Source: Eledone cirrhosa
Lineage: Eukaryota
Assembly (NCBI GenBank): GCA_964016885.1
Contig: OZ024743.1
Coordinates: forward strand, 130,634,001 to 130,698,000
Direction: 5' to 3'
Length of the DNA stretch: 64,000 bases
Part shown: positions 51,292-62,400 of the stretch, piece by piece
Layout of the letters: every line of letters begins with the position of its first letter
Numbering within the stretch: the stretch's first letter is position 1
Notes under the pieces: model-generated
Database searches by the model: none
The model's input: the letters and a program-made list of their open reading frames with translations, nothing else
What the model was told of the DNA's origin: nothing
Made by a program: the position numbers and the translations under genes

Positions 51292-54200
51292 CTTGGTGTT
51301 TGGTGTTTGGTGCTGGGTGCATGGCGTTTGGTGTTTGGTGCTTAGTGCTTGGTGTTTGGTGTTTGATGCTTGGTGTGTGGTGCTTGGTGCTTGGTGTTTT
51401 GTGTTTGGTGCTTGGTGCTTGGTGCCTGGTGCTTGGTGCCTGGTGCTTGGTGTTTGGTGTTTGATGCTTGGTGTTTGGTGTTTGGTGTTTGGTACTTGGT
51501 GTTCGGTGCTTGGTGCTTGGTGCTTGGTGCTTGGTGTTTGGTGTTTGGTGATTGGTGCTTGGTGTTTGATGTTTGGTCCTTGGTGCTTGGTGTTTGGTGT
51601 TGTGTGCTTGGTGCTTGGTGCTTGGTGTTTGGTGCTTGGTGCTTGGTGCTTGGTGTTTGGCGTTTGCTGTTTGCTGTTTGGTGTTTGGTGTTTGCTGTTT
51701 GGTGTTTGCTGTTTGGTGTTTGGTGTTTGGTGCTTGCTGTTTGGTGCTTGGTGCTTGGTGTTTGGTGTTTGGTGCTTGGTGTTTGGTGCTTGGTGCTTGG
51801 TGCTGGGTGTTTGGTGCTTATTGCTTGGTGTTTGGTGCTTGGTGATTGGTGCTTGGTGTTTGGTCCTTGGTGCTTGGTGCTTGGTCTTTGGTGCTTGGGT
51901 TTTGGTGTTTGGTGCTTGGTGCTTGGTGTTTGGTGCTTGGTGCTTGGTGCTTGGTGCTTGGAGTTTGGTGCTTGCTGCTTGGTGCTTGGTGTTTGGTGCT
52001 TGGTGCTTGGTGATTAGTGTTTGGTGATTGGTGCTTGGGGTTTGGTGTTTGGGGCTTGGTGTTTGGTGCTTAGTGCTTGCTGTTTGGTGTTTGGTGTTTG
52101 GTTCTTGGTGCTTGGTGTTTGGTGTTTGGTGTTTGGTGCTTTGTGCTTGGTGCTTGGTGTTTGGTGCTTGGTGCTTGGTGCTTGGTGTTTGGTGCTGCGT
52201 GCTTGGTGTTTGGTGTTTGGTGCTTGGTGCCTGGTGCTTGTTGTTTGGTGTTTGGTGCTTAGTGGTTGGTTTTTGGTGTTTGGTGCTTGGTGCTTGGTGG
52301 TTGGTGTTTGGTGCTTGGTGTTTGGAGTTTGGTGCTTGGTGCTTGGTGCCTGGTGTTTCGTGCTTGGTGCTTGGTGCTTGGTGTTTGGTGTTTGGTGCTT
52401 GGTGTTTGGTGCTTGGTGTTTGGTGCTTGGTGCTTGGTGCTTGGTGTTAGGTGTTTGGTGCTTGGTGCTTGGTGTTTGATGTTTGGTCCTTGGTGCTTGT
52501 TGTTTGGTGTTTGGTGCTTGGTGCTTGGTGTTTGGTGTTTGGTGCTTGCTGCTTGCTGCTTGGTGTTTGGTGCTTGGTGATTGGTGCTTGGTGTTTTATG
52601 CTTGGTGCTTGGTGTTTGGTGCTAGGGGCTTGGTGCTTGATGCTTGGTGTTTGGTGCTTGGTGCTTGCTGTTTGGTGTTTGGTGCTTGGTGCGTGGGACT
52701 TAGTGTTTGGTGTTTGGTGCTTGGTGTTTGGTGCTTGGTGTTTGGTGTTTGGTACTTGGTGCTTGGTGCTTGGTGCTTGGTGTTTGGTGCTTGGTGTTTG
52801 ATGCTGCGTGCTTGATGTTTGGTGTTTGGTGCTTGGTGCTTGGTGTTTCGTGTTTGGAGCTTGGTGCCTGGTGCTTGTTGTTTGGTGTTTGGCGCTTGGT
52901 GCTTGTTGTTTGGTGTTTGGTGCTTGGTGCTTGGTGCTTGGTAGCTGGTGTTTGGTGCTTGGTGTTTGGTGTTTGGTGCTTGGTGCCTGGGGCTTGTTGT
53001 TTGGTGTTTGGTGCTTAGTGCTTGGTGTTTGGTGTTTGGTGCTTGGTGCTTGGTGGCTGGTGCTTGGTGCTTGGTGTTCGGAGTTTGGTGCTTGGTGCTT
53101 GGTGCTTGGTGTTTTGTGCTTGGTGCTTGGTGCTTGGTGTTTGGTGTTTGGTGCTTGGTGTTTGGTGCTTGGTGTTTGGTGCTTGGTGCTTGGTGCTTGG
53201 TGTTAGGTGTTTGGTGCTTGGTGCTTGGTGTTTGATGTTTGGTCCTTGGTGCTTGTTGTTTGGTGTTTGTTGCTTGGTGCTTGGTGTTTGGTGTTTGGTG
53301 CTTGCTGCTTGCTGCTTGGTGTTTGGTGCTTGGTGATTGGTGCTTGGTGTTTTATGCTTGGTGCTTGGTGTTTGGTGCTAGGGGCTTGGTGCTTGATGCT
53401 TGGTGTTTGGTGCTTTGTGCTTGCTGTTTGGTGTTTGGTGCTTGGTGCGTGGGACTTAGTGTTTGGTGTTTGGTGCTTGATGTTTTGTGCTTGGTGTTTG
53501 GTGCTTGGTGCTTGGTGTTTGGTGTTTGGTGCTTGGTGCTTGGGACTTGGTGTTTGGTGCTTAGTGTTTGGTGCTTGGTGTTTGGTGCTTGGTGCTTGGT
53601 GCTTGGTGTTTGGTGTATGGTGTTTGTTGCTTGGTGTTTGGTGCTTGGTGCTTGGTGCTGGGTGGTTGGTGTTCGGTGTTTGGTGCTTGGTGATTGGTGC
53701 TTATTGTTTGGTGCTTGGTGCTTGGTGCTTGGTGCTTGGTCTTTGGTGCTTGGTGTTTGGTGTTTGGTGCTTGGTGCTTGGTGCTTGGTGATTAGTGTTT
53801 GGTGCTTGGTGCTTGGTGCCTGGTGCTTGGTGCTTGGTGCTTGTTGTTTGGTGCTTGGTGCTTGGTGATTAGTGTTTGGTGCTTGGTTCTTGGGGTTTGC
53901 TGTTTGGTGCTTGGGGTTTGGTGTTTGGTGCTTGGTGCTTGGTGTTTGGTGCTTGGTGCTTGGTGTTTGGTGCTTGGTGCTTTGTGTTTGGTGCTTGGTG
54001 TTTGGTGCTTGGTGCTTGGTGCTTGGTGCTTGGTGTTAGGTGTTTGGTGCTTGGTGATTGGTGTTTGATGTTAGGTTCTTGGTGCTTGGTGTTTGGTGTT
54101 TGGTGCTTGGTGCTTGGTGTTTGGTGTTTGGTGCTTGCTGTTTGGTGCTTGGTGTTTTGTGTTTGGAGTTTGGTGCTTGGTGTTTGGTGCTTGGTGCTTG

Positions 54201-57200
54201 GTGTTTGGTGTTTGGTGTTTGGTGTTTGGTGATTGGTGCTTGGTGTTTGGTGCTTGGTGCTCGGTGCTTGGTGCTTGGTGTTAGGCGTTTGGTGCTTGGT
54301 GCTTGGTGTTTGATGTTTGGTCCTTGGTGCTTGGTGTTTGGTATTTGGAGCTTGGTGCTTGGTGTTTGGTGTTTGGTGCTTGCTGCTTGCTGCTTGGTGT
54401 TTGGTGCTAGGGACTTGGTGCTTGGTGCTTGGTGCTTGGTGCTTGGTCTTTGGTGCATGGTGTTTGGTGTTTCGCGCTTGGTGCTTGGTGCTTCGTGATT
54501 GGTGCTTGGTGCTTGGTGCTTGGTGTTTGGTGCTTGGTGCTTGGTGATTAGTGTTTGTTGCTTGGTGCTTGGGATTTGGTGGTTGGTGCTTGGTGCTTGG
54601 TGTTTGGTGTTTGGTGTTTGGTGTTTGCTGTTTGCTGTTTGGTGTCTGCTTTTTGGTGTTTGGTGTTTGCCGTATGGTGTTTGCTGTTTCGTATTTGGTT
54701 TTTGCTGTTTGGTGTTTGGTGTTTGCTGTTTGGTGTTTGGTGTTTGGTGTTTGGTGCTTGGTGCTTGGTGTTTGGCGTTTGGTGCTTGGTGCTTGGTGTT
54801 TGGTGCTTGGTGCTTGGTGTTTGGTGTTTGGTGCTTGGTGCCTGGTGCTTGTTGTATGGTGTTTGGTGCTTGGTGCTTGGTGTTTGGTGTTTGCTGCTTG
54901 GTGTCTGGTGTTTGGTGCTTGGTGTTTGGTGTTTGGTGCTTGGTGTATGGTGCTTGGTGCTTGGTGCTGGGTGGTTGGTGTTTGGTGCTTGGTGCTTGGT
55001 GTTTGGTGCTTGGTGTTTGGTGCTAGGGACTTGGTGCTTGGTGCTTGGTGCTTGGTGCTTGGTCTTTGGTGCATGGTGTTTGGTGTTTCGCGCTTGGTGC
55101 TTGGTGCTTCGTGATTGGTGCTTGGTGCTTGGTGTTTGGTGCTTGGTGTTTGGTGATTAGTGTTTGTTGCTTGGTGCTTGGGGTTTGGTGGTTGGTGCTT
55201 GGTGCTTGGTGTTTGGTGTTTGCTGTTTGGTGTCTGCTTTTTGGTGTTTGGGTTTTGGTGTATGGTGTTTGCTGTTTCGTATTTGGTTTTTGCTGTTTGG
55301 TGTTTGGTGTTTGCTGTTTGGTGTTTGGTGTTTGGTGTTTGGTGCTTGGTGCTTGGTGTTTGGCGTTTGGTGCTTGGTGCTTGGTGTTTGGTGCTTGGTG
55401 CTTGGTGTTTGGTGTTTGGTGCTTGGTGCCTGGTGCTTGTTGTATGGTGTTTGGTGCTTGGTGCTGGGTGTTTGGTGTTTGGTGCTTGGTGCTTGGTGTT
55501 TGGTGTTTGGTGCTGGGTGCATGGCGTTTGGTGTTTGGTGCTTAGTGCTTGGTGTTTGGTGTTTGATGCTTGGTGTGTGGTGCTTGGTGCTTGGTGTTTT
55601 GTGTTTGGTGCTTGGTGCTTGGTGCCTGGTGCTTGGTGCCTGGTGCTTGGTGTTTGGTGTTTGATGCTTGGTGTTTGGTGCTTGGTGTTTGGTACTTGGT
55701 GTTCGGTGCTTGGTGCTTGGTGCTTGGTGCTTGGTGTTTGGTGTTTGGTGATTGGTGCTTGGTGTTTGATGTTTGGTCCTTGGTGCTTGGTGTTTGGTGT
55801 TGTGTGCTTGGTGCTTGGTGCTTGGTGTTTGGTGCTTGGTGCTTGGTGCTTGGTGTTTGGCGTTTGCTGTTTGCTGTTTGGTGTTTGGTGTTTGCTGTTT
55901 GGTGTTTGCTCTTTGGTGTTTGGTGTTTGGTGCTTGCTGTTTGGTGCTTGGTGCTTGGTGTTTGGTGTTTGGTGCTTGGTGTTTGGTGCTTGGTGCTTGG
56001 TGCTGGGTGTTTGGTGCTTGGTGCTTGGTGTTTGGTGCTTGGTGATTGGTGCTTGGTGTTTGGTCCTTGGTGCTTGGTGCTTGGTCTTTGGTGCTTGGGT
56101 TTTGGTGTTTGGTGCTTGGTGCTTGGTGTTTGGTGCTTGGTGCTTGGTGCTTGGTGCTTGGAGTTTGGTGCTTGCTGCTTGGTGCTTGGTGTTTGGTGCT
56201 TGGTGCTTGGTGATTAGTGTTTGGTGATTGGTGCTTGGGGTTTGGTGTTTGGAGCTTGGTGTTTGGTGCTTAGTGCTTGCTGTTTGGTGTTTGGTGTTTG
56301 GTTCTTGGTGCTTGGTGTTTGGTGTTTGGTGTTTGGTGCTTGGTGCTTGGTGCTTGGTGTTTGGTGCTTGGTGCTTGGTGCTTGGTGTTTGGTGCTGCGT
56401 GCTTGGTTTTTGGTGTTTGGTGCTTGGTGCCTGGTGCTTGTTGTTTGGTGTTTGGTGCTTAGTGCTTGGTTTTTGGTGTTTGGTGCTTGGTGCTTGGTGG
56501 CTGGTGTTTGGTGCTTGGTGTTTGGAGTTTGGTGCATGGTGCTTGGTGCCTGGTGTTTCGTGCTTGGTGCTTGGTGCTTGGTGTTTGGTGTTTGGTGCTT
56601 GGTGTTTGGTGCTTGGTGTTTGGTGCTTGGTGCTTGGTGCTTGGTGTTAGGTGTTTGGTGCTTGGTGCTTGGTGTTTGATGTTTGGTCCTTGGTGCTTGT
56701 TGTTTGGTGTTTGGTGCTTGGTGCTTGGTGTTTGGTGTTTGGTGCTTGCTGCTTGCTGCTTGGTGTTTGGTGCTTGGTGATTGGTGCTTGGTGTTTGGTG
56801 TTTGGTACTTGGTGCTTGGTGCTTGGTGCTTGGTGTTTGGTACTTGGTGCTTGGTGCTTGGTGCTTGGTGTTTGGTGCTTGGTGTTTGATGCTGCGTGCT
56901 TAGTGTTTGGTGTTTGGTGCTTGGTGTTTGGTGCTTGGTGTTTGGTGTTTGGTACTTGGTGCTTGGTGCTTGGTGCTTGGTGTTTGGTGCTTGGTGTTTG
57001 ATGCTGCGTGCTTGGTGTTTGGTGTTTGGTGCTTGGTGCTTGGTGTTTGGTGTTTGGAGCTTGGTGCCTGGTGCTTGTTGTTTGGTGTTTGGTGCTTGGT
57101 GCTTGTTGTTTGGTGTTTGGTGCTTGGTGCTTGGTGCTTGGTATCTGGTGTTTGGTGCTTGGTGTTTGGTGTTTGGTGCTTGGTGCCTGGGGCTTGTTGT

Positions 57201-60200
57201 TTGGTGTTTGGTACTTAGTGCTTGGTGTTTGGTGTTTGGTGCTTGGTGCTTGGTGGCTGGTGCTTGGTGCTTGGTGTTCGGAGTTTGGTGCTTGGTGCTT
57301 GGTGCCTGGTGTTTCGTGCTTGGTGCTTGGTGCTTGGTGTTTGGTGTTTGGTGCTTGGTGTTTGGTGCTTGGTGTTTGGTGCTTGGTGCTTGGTGCTTGG
57401 TGTTAGGTGTTTGGTGCTTGGTGCTTGGTGTTTGATGTTTGGTCCTTGGTGCTTGTTGTTTGGTGTTTGGAGTTTGGTGCTTGGTGTTTGGTGTTTGGTG
57501 CTTGCTGCTTGCTGCTTGGTGTTTGGTGCTTGGTGATTGGTGCTTGGTGTTTTATGCTTGGTGCTTGGTGTTTGGTGCTAGGGGCTTGGTGCTTGATGCT
57601 TGGTGTTTGGTGCTTGGTGCTTGCTGTTTGGTGTTTGGTGCTTGGTGCGTGGGACTTAGTGTTTGGTGTTTGGTGCTTGGTGTTTTGTGCTTGGTGTTTG
57701 GTGCTTGGTGCTTGGTGTTTGGTGTTTGGTGCTTGGTGCTTGGGACTTGGTGTTTGGTGCTTAGTGTTTGGTGCTTGGTGTTTGGTGCTTGGTGCTTGGT
57801 GCTTGGTGTTTGGTGTATGGTGTTTGGTGCTTGGTGTTTGGTGCTTGGTGCTTGGTGCTGGGTGGTTGGTGTTTGGTGTTTGGTGCTTGGTGATTGGTGC
57901 TTATTGTTTGGTGCTTGGTGCTTGGTGCTTGGTGCTTGGTCTTTGGTGCTTGGTGTTTGGTGTTTGGTGCTTGGTGCTTGGTGCTTGGTGATTAGTGTTT
58001 GGTGCTTGGTGCTTGGTGCCTGGTGCTTGGTGCTTGGTGCTTGTTGTTTGGTGCTTGGTGCTTGGTGATTAGTGTTTGGTGCTTGGTTCTTGGGGTTTGC
58101 TGTTTGGTGCTTGGGGTTTGGTGTTTGGTGCTTGGTGCTTGGTGTTTGGTGCTTGGTGCTTGGTGTTTGGTGCTTGGTGCTTTGTGTTTGGTGCTTGGTG
58201 TTTGGTGCTTGGTGCTTGGTGCTTGGTGCTTGGTGTTAGGTGTTTGGTGCTTGGTGATTGGTGTTTGATGTTAGGTTCTTGGTGCTTGGTGTTTGGTGTT
58301 TGGTGCTTGGTGCTTGGTGTTTGGTGTTTGGTGCTTGCTGCTTGGTGCTTGGTGTTTTGTGTTTGGAGTTTGGTGCTTGGTGTTTGGTGCTTGGTGCTTG
58401 GTGTTTGGTGTTCGGTGTTTGGTGTTTGGTGATTGGTGCTTGGTGTTTGGTGCTTGGTGCTTGGTGCTTGGTGCTTGGTATTAGGCGTTTGGTGCTTGGT
58501 GTTTGATGTTTGGTCCTTGGTGCTTGGTGTTTGGTATTTGGAGCTTGGTGCTTGGTGTTTGGTGTTTGGTGCTTGCTGCTTGCTGCTTGGTGTTTGGTGC
58601 TAGGGACTTGGTGCTTGGTGCTTGGTGCTTGGTGCTTGGTCTTTGGTGCATGGTGTTTGGTGTTTCGCGCTTGGTGCTTGGTGCTTCGTGATTGGTGCTT
58701 GGTGCTTGGTGCTTGGTGTTTGGTGCTTGGTGCTTGGTGATTAGTGTTTGTTGCTTGGTGCTTGGGGTTTGGTGGTTGGTGCTTGGTGCTTGGTGTTTGG
58801 TGTTTGGTGTTTGGTGTTTGCTGTTTGCTGTTTGCTGTTTGGTGTCTGCTTTTTGGTGTTTGGTGTTTGCTGTATGGTGTTTGCTGTTTCGTATTTGGTT
58901 TTTGCTGTTTGGTGTTTGGTGTTTGCTGTTTGGTGTTTGGTGTTTGGTGTTTGGTGCTTGGTGCTTGGTGTTTGGCGTTTGGTGCTTGGTGCTTGGTGTT
59001 TGGTGCTTGGTGCTTGGTGTTTGGTGTTTGGTGCTTGGTGCCTGGTGCTTGTTGTATGGTGTTTGGTGCTTGGTGCTTGGTGTTTGGTGTTTGCTGCTTG
59101 GTGTCTGGTGTTTGGTGCTTGGTGTTTGGTGTTTGGTGCTTGGTGTATGGTGCTTGGTGCTTGGTGCTGGGTGGTTGGTGTTTGGTGCTTGGTGCTTGGT
59201 GTTTGGTGCTTGGTGCTTGGTGCTTGTTGTTTGGTGCTTGGTGCTTGGTGCTTGGTCTTTGGTGCATGGTGTTTGGTGTTTGGCGCTTGGTGCTTGGTGC
59301 TTCGTGATTGGTGCTTGGTGCTTGGTGCTTGGTGTTTGGTGCTTGGTGCTTGGTGATTAGTGTTTGTTGCTTGGTGCTTGGGGTTTGGTGGTTGGTGCTT
59401 GGTGCTTGGTGTTTGGTGTTTGCTGTTTGGTGTCTGCTTTTTGGTGTTTGGGGTTTGCTGTATGGTGTTTGCTGTTTCGTATTTGGTTTTTGCTGTTTGG
59501 TGTTTGGTGTTTGCTGTTTGGTGTTTGGTGTTTGGTGTTTGGTGCTTGGTGCTTGGTGTTTGGCATTTGGTGCTTGGTGCTTGGTGTTTGGTGCTTGGTG
59601 CTTGGTGTTTGGTGTTTGGTGCTTGGTGCCTGGTGCTTGTTGTATGGTGTTTGGTGCTTGGTGCTTGGTGTTTGGTGTTTGGTGCTTGGTGCTTGGTGTT
59701 TGGTGTTTGGTGCTGGGTGCATGGCGTTTGGTGTTTGGTGCTTAGTGCTTGGTGTTTGGTGTTTGATGCTTGGTGTGTGGTGCTTGGTGCTTGGTGTTTT
59801 GTGTTTGGTGCTTGGTGCTTGGTGCCTGGTGCTTGGTGCCTGGTGCTTGGTGTTTGGTGTTTGATGCTTGGTGTTTGGTGTTTGGTGTTTGGTACTTGGT
59901 GTTCGGTGCTTGGTGCTTGGTGCTTGGTGCTTGGTGTTTGGTGTTTGGTGATTGGTGCTTGGTGTTTGATGTTTGGTCCTTGGTGCTTGGTGTTTGGTGT
60001 TGTGTGCTTGGTGCTTGGTGCTTGGTGTTTGGTGCTTGGTGCTTGGTGCTTGGTGTTTGGCGTTTGCTGTTTGGTGTTTGGTGTTTGGTGTTTGCTGTTT
60101 GGTGTTTGCTGTTTGGTGTTTGGTGTTTGGTGCTTGCTGTTTGGTGCTTGGTGCTTGGTGTTTGGTGTTTGGTGCTTGGTGTTTGGTGCTTGGTGCTTGG

Positions 60201-62400
60201 TGCTGGGTGTTTGGTGCTTGGTGCTTGGTGTTTGGTGCTTGGTGATTGGTGCTTGGTGTTTGGCCCTTGGTGCTTGGTGCTTGGTCTTTGGTGCTTGTTG
60301 TTTGGTGTTTGGTGCTTGGTGCTTGGTGTTTGGTGCTTGGTGCTTGGTGCTTGGTGCTTGGAGTTTGGTGCTTGCTGCTTGGTGCTTGGTGTTTGGTGCT
60401 TGGTGCTTGGTGATTAGTGTTTGGTGATTGGTGCTTGGGGTTTGGTGTTTGGGGCTTGGTGTTTGGTGCTTAGTGCTTGCTGTTTGGTGTTTGGTGTTTG
60501 GTTCTTGGTGCTTGGTGTTTGGTGTTTGGTGTTTGGTGCTTGGTGCTTGGTGCTTGGTGTTTGGTGCTTGGTGCTTGGTGCTTGGTGTTTGGTGCTGCGT
60601 GCTTGGTGTTTGGTGTTTGGTGCTTGGTGCCTGGTGCTTGTTGTTTGGTGTTTGGTGCTTAGTGCTTGGTTTTTGGTGTTTGGTGCTTGGTGCTTGGTGG
60701 CTGGTGTTTGGTGCTTGGTGTTTGGAGTTTGGTGCTTGGTGCTTGGTGCCTGGTGTTTCGTGCTTGGTGCTTGGTGCTTGGTGTTTGGTGTTTGGTGCTT
60801 GGTGTTTGGTGCTTGGTGTTTGGTGCTTGGTGCTTGGTGCTTGGTGTTAGGTGTTTGGTGCTTGGTGCTTGGTGTTTGATGTTTGGTCCTTGGTGCTTGT
60901 TGTTTGGTGTTTGGTGCTTGGTGCTTGGTGTTTGGTGTTTGGTGCTTGCTGCTTGCTGCTTGGTGTTTGGTGCTTGGTGATTGGTGCTTGGTGTTTTATG
61001 CTTGGTGCTTGGTGTTTGGTGCTAGGGGCTTGGTGTTTGATGCTTGGTGTTTGGTGCTTGGTGCTTGCTGTTTGGTGTTTGGTGCTTGGTGCGTGGGACT
61101 TAGTGTTTGGTGTTTGGTGCTTGGTGTTTGGTGCTTGGTGTTTGGTGTTTGGTACTTGGTGCTTGGTGCTTGGTGCTTGGTGTTTGGTGCTTGGTGTTTG
61201 ATGCTGCGTGCTTGGTGTTTGGTGTTTGGTGCTTGGTGCTTGGTGTTTGGTGTTTGGAGCTTGGTGCCTGGTGCTTGTTGTTTGGTGTTTGGCGCTTGGT
61301 GCTTGTTGTTTGGTGTTTGGTGCTTGGTGCTTGGTGCTTGGTATCTGGTGTTTGGTGCTTGGTGTTTGGTGTTTGGTGCTTGGTGCTTGCTGTTTGGTGT
61401 TTGGTGCTTGGTGCGTGGGACTTAGTGTTTGGTGTTTGGTGCTTGGTGTTTTGTGCTTGGTGTTTGGTGCTTGGTGCTTGGTGTTTGGTGTTTGGTGCTT
61501 GGTGCTTGGGACTTGGTGTTTGGTGCTTAGTGTTTGGTGCTTGGTGTTTGGTGCTTGGTGCTTGGTGCTTGGTGTTTGGTGTATGGTGTTTGGTGCTTGG
61601 TGTTTGGTGCTTGGTGCTTGGTGCTGGGTGGTTGGTGTTTGGTGTTTGGTGCTTGGTGATTGGTGCTTATTGTTTGGTGCTTGGTGCTTGGTGCTTGGTG
61701 TTTGGTGCTGCGTGCTTGGTGTTTGGTGTTTGGTGCTTGGTGCTTGGTGCTTGGTGATTAGTGTTTGGTGCTTGGTGCTTGGTGCCTGGTGCTTGGTGCT
61801 TGGTGCTTGTTGTTTGGTGCTTGGTGCTTGGTGATTAGTGTTTGGTGCTTGGTTCTTGGGGTTTGCTGTTTGGTGCTTGGGGTTTGGTGTTTGGTGCTTG
61901 GTGCTTGGTGTTTGGTGCTTGGTGCTTGGTGTTTGGTGCTTGGTGCTTTGTGTTTGGTGCTTGGTGTTTGGTGCTTGGTGCTTGGTGCTTGGTGCTTGGT
62001 GTTAGGTGTTTGGTGCTTGGTGATTGGTGTTTGATGTTAGGTTCTTGGTGCTTGGTGTTTGGTGTTTGGTGCTTGGTGCTTGGTGTTTGGTGTTTGGTGC
62101 TTGCTGCTTGGTGCTTGGTGTTTTGTGTTTGGAGTTTGGTGCTTGGTGTTTGGTGCTTGGTGCTTGGTGTTTGGTGTTTGGTGTTTGGTGTTTGGTGATT
62201 GGTGCTTGGTGTTTGGTGCTTGGTGCTTGGTGCTTGGTGCTTGGTGTTAGGCGTTTGGTGCTTGGTGCTTGGTGTTTGATGTTTAGTCCTTGGTGCTTGG
62301 TGTTTGGTATTTGGAGCTTGGTGCTTGGTGTTTGGTGTTTGGTGCTTGCTGCTTGCTGCTTGGTGTTTGGTGCTAGGGACTTGGTGCTTGGTGCTTGGTG
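51271..62400. repeat. 4200-bp (600-monomer) higher-order repeat: two full copies plus a third partial copy with a 434-bp deletion
   Basis: ORFs 51370/55570/59770 and 52021/56221/60421 are exactly 4200 apart; 53799/57999/61765 show 4200 then 3766. Internal duplications of 756 bp (52451/53207) and ~588-616 bp (TTTCGTA 54687/55275). Confidence 0.92.
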
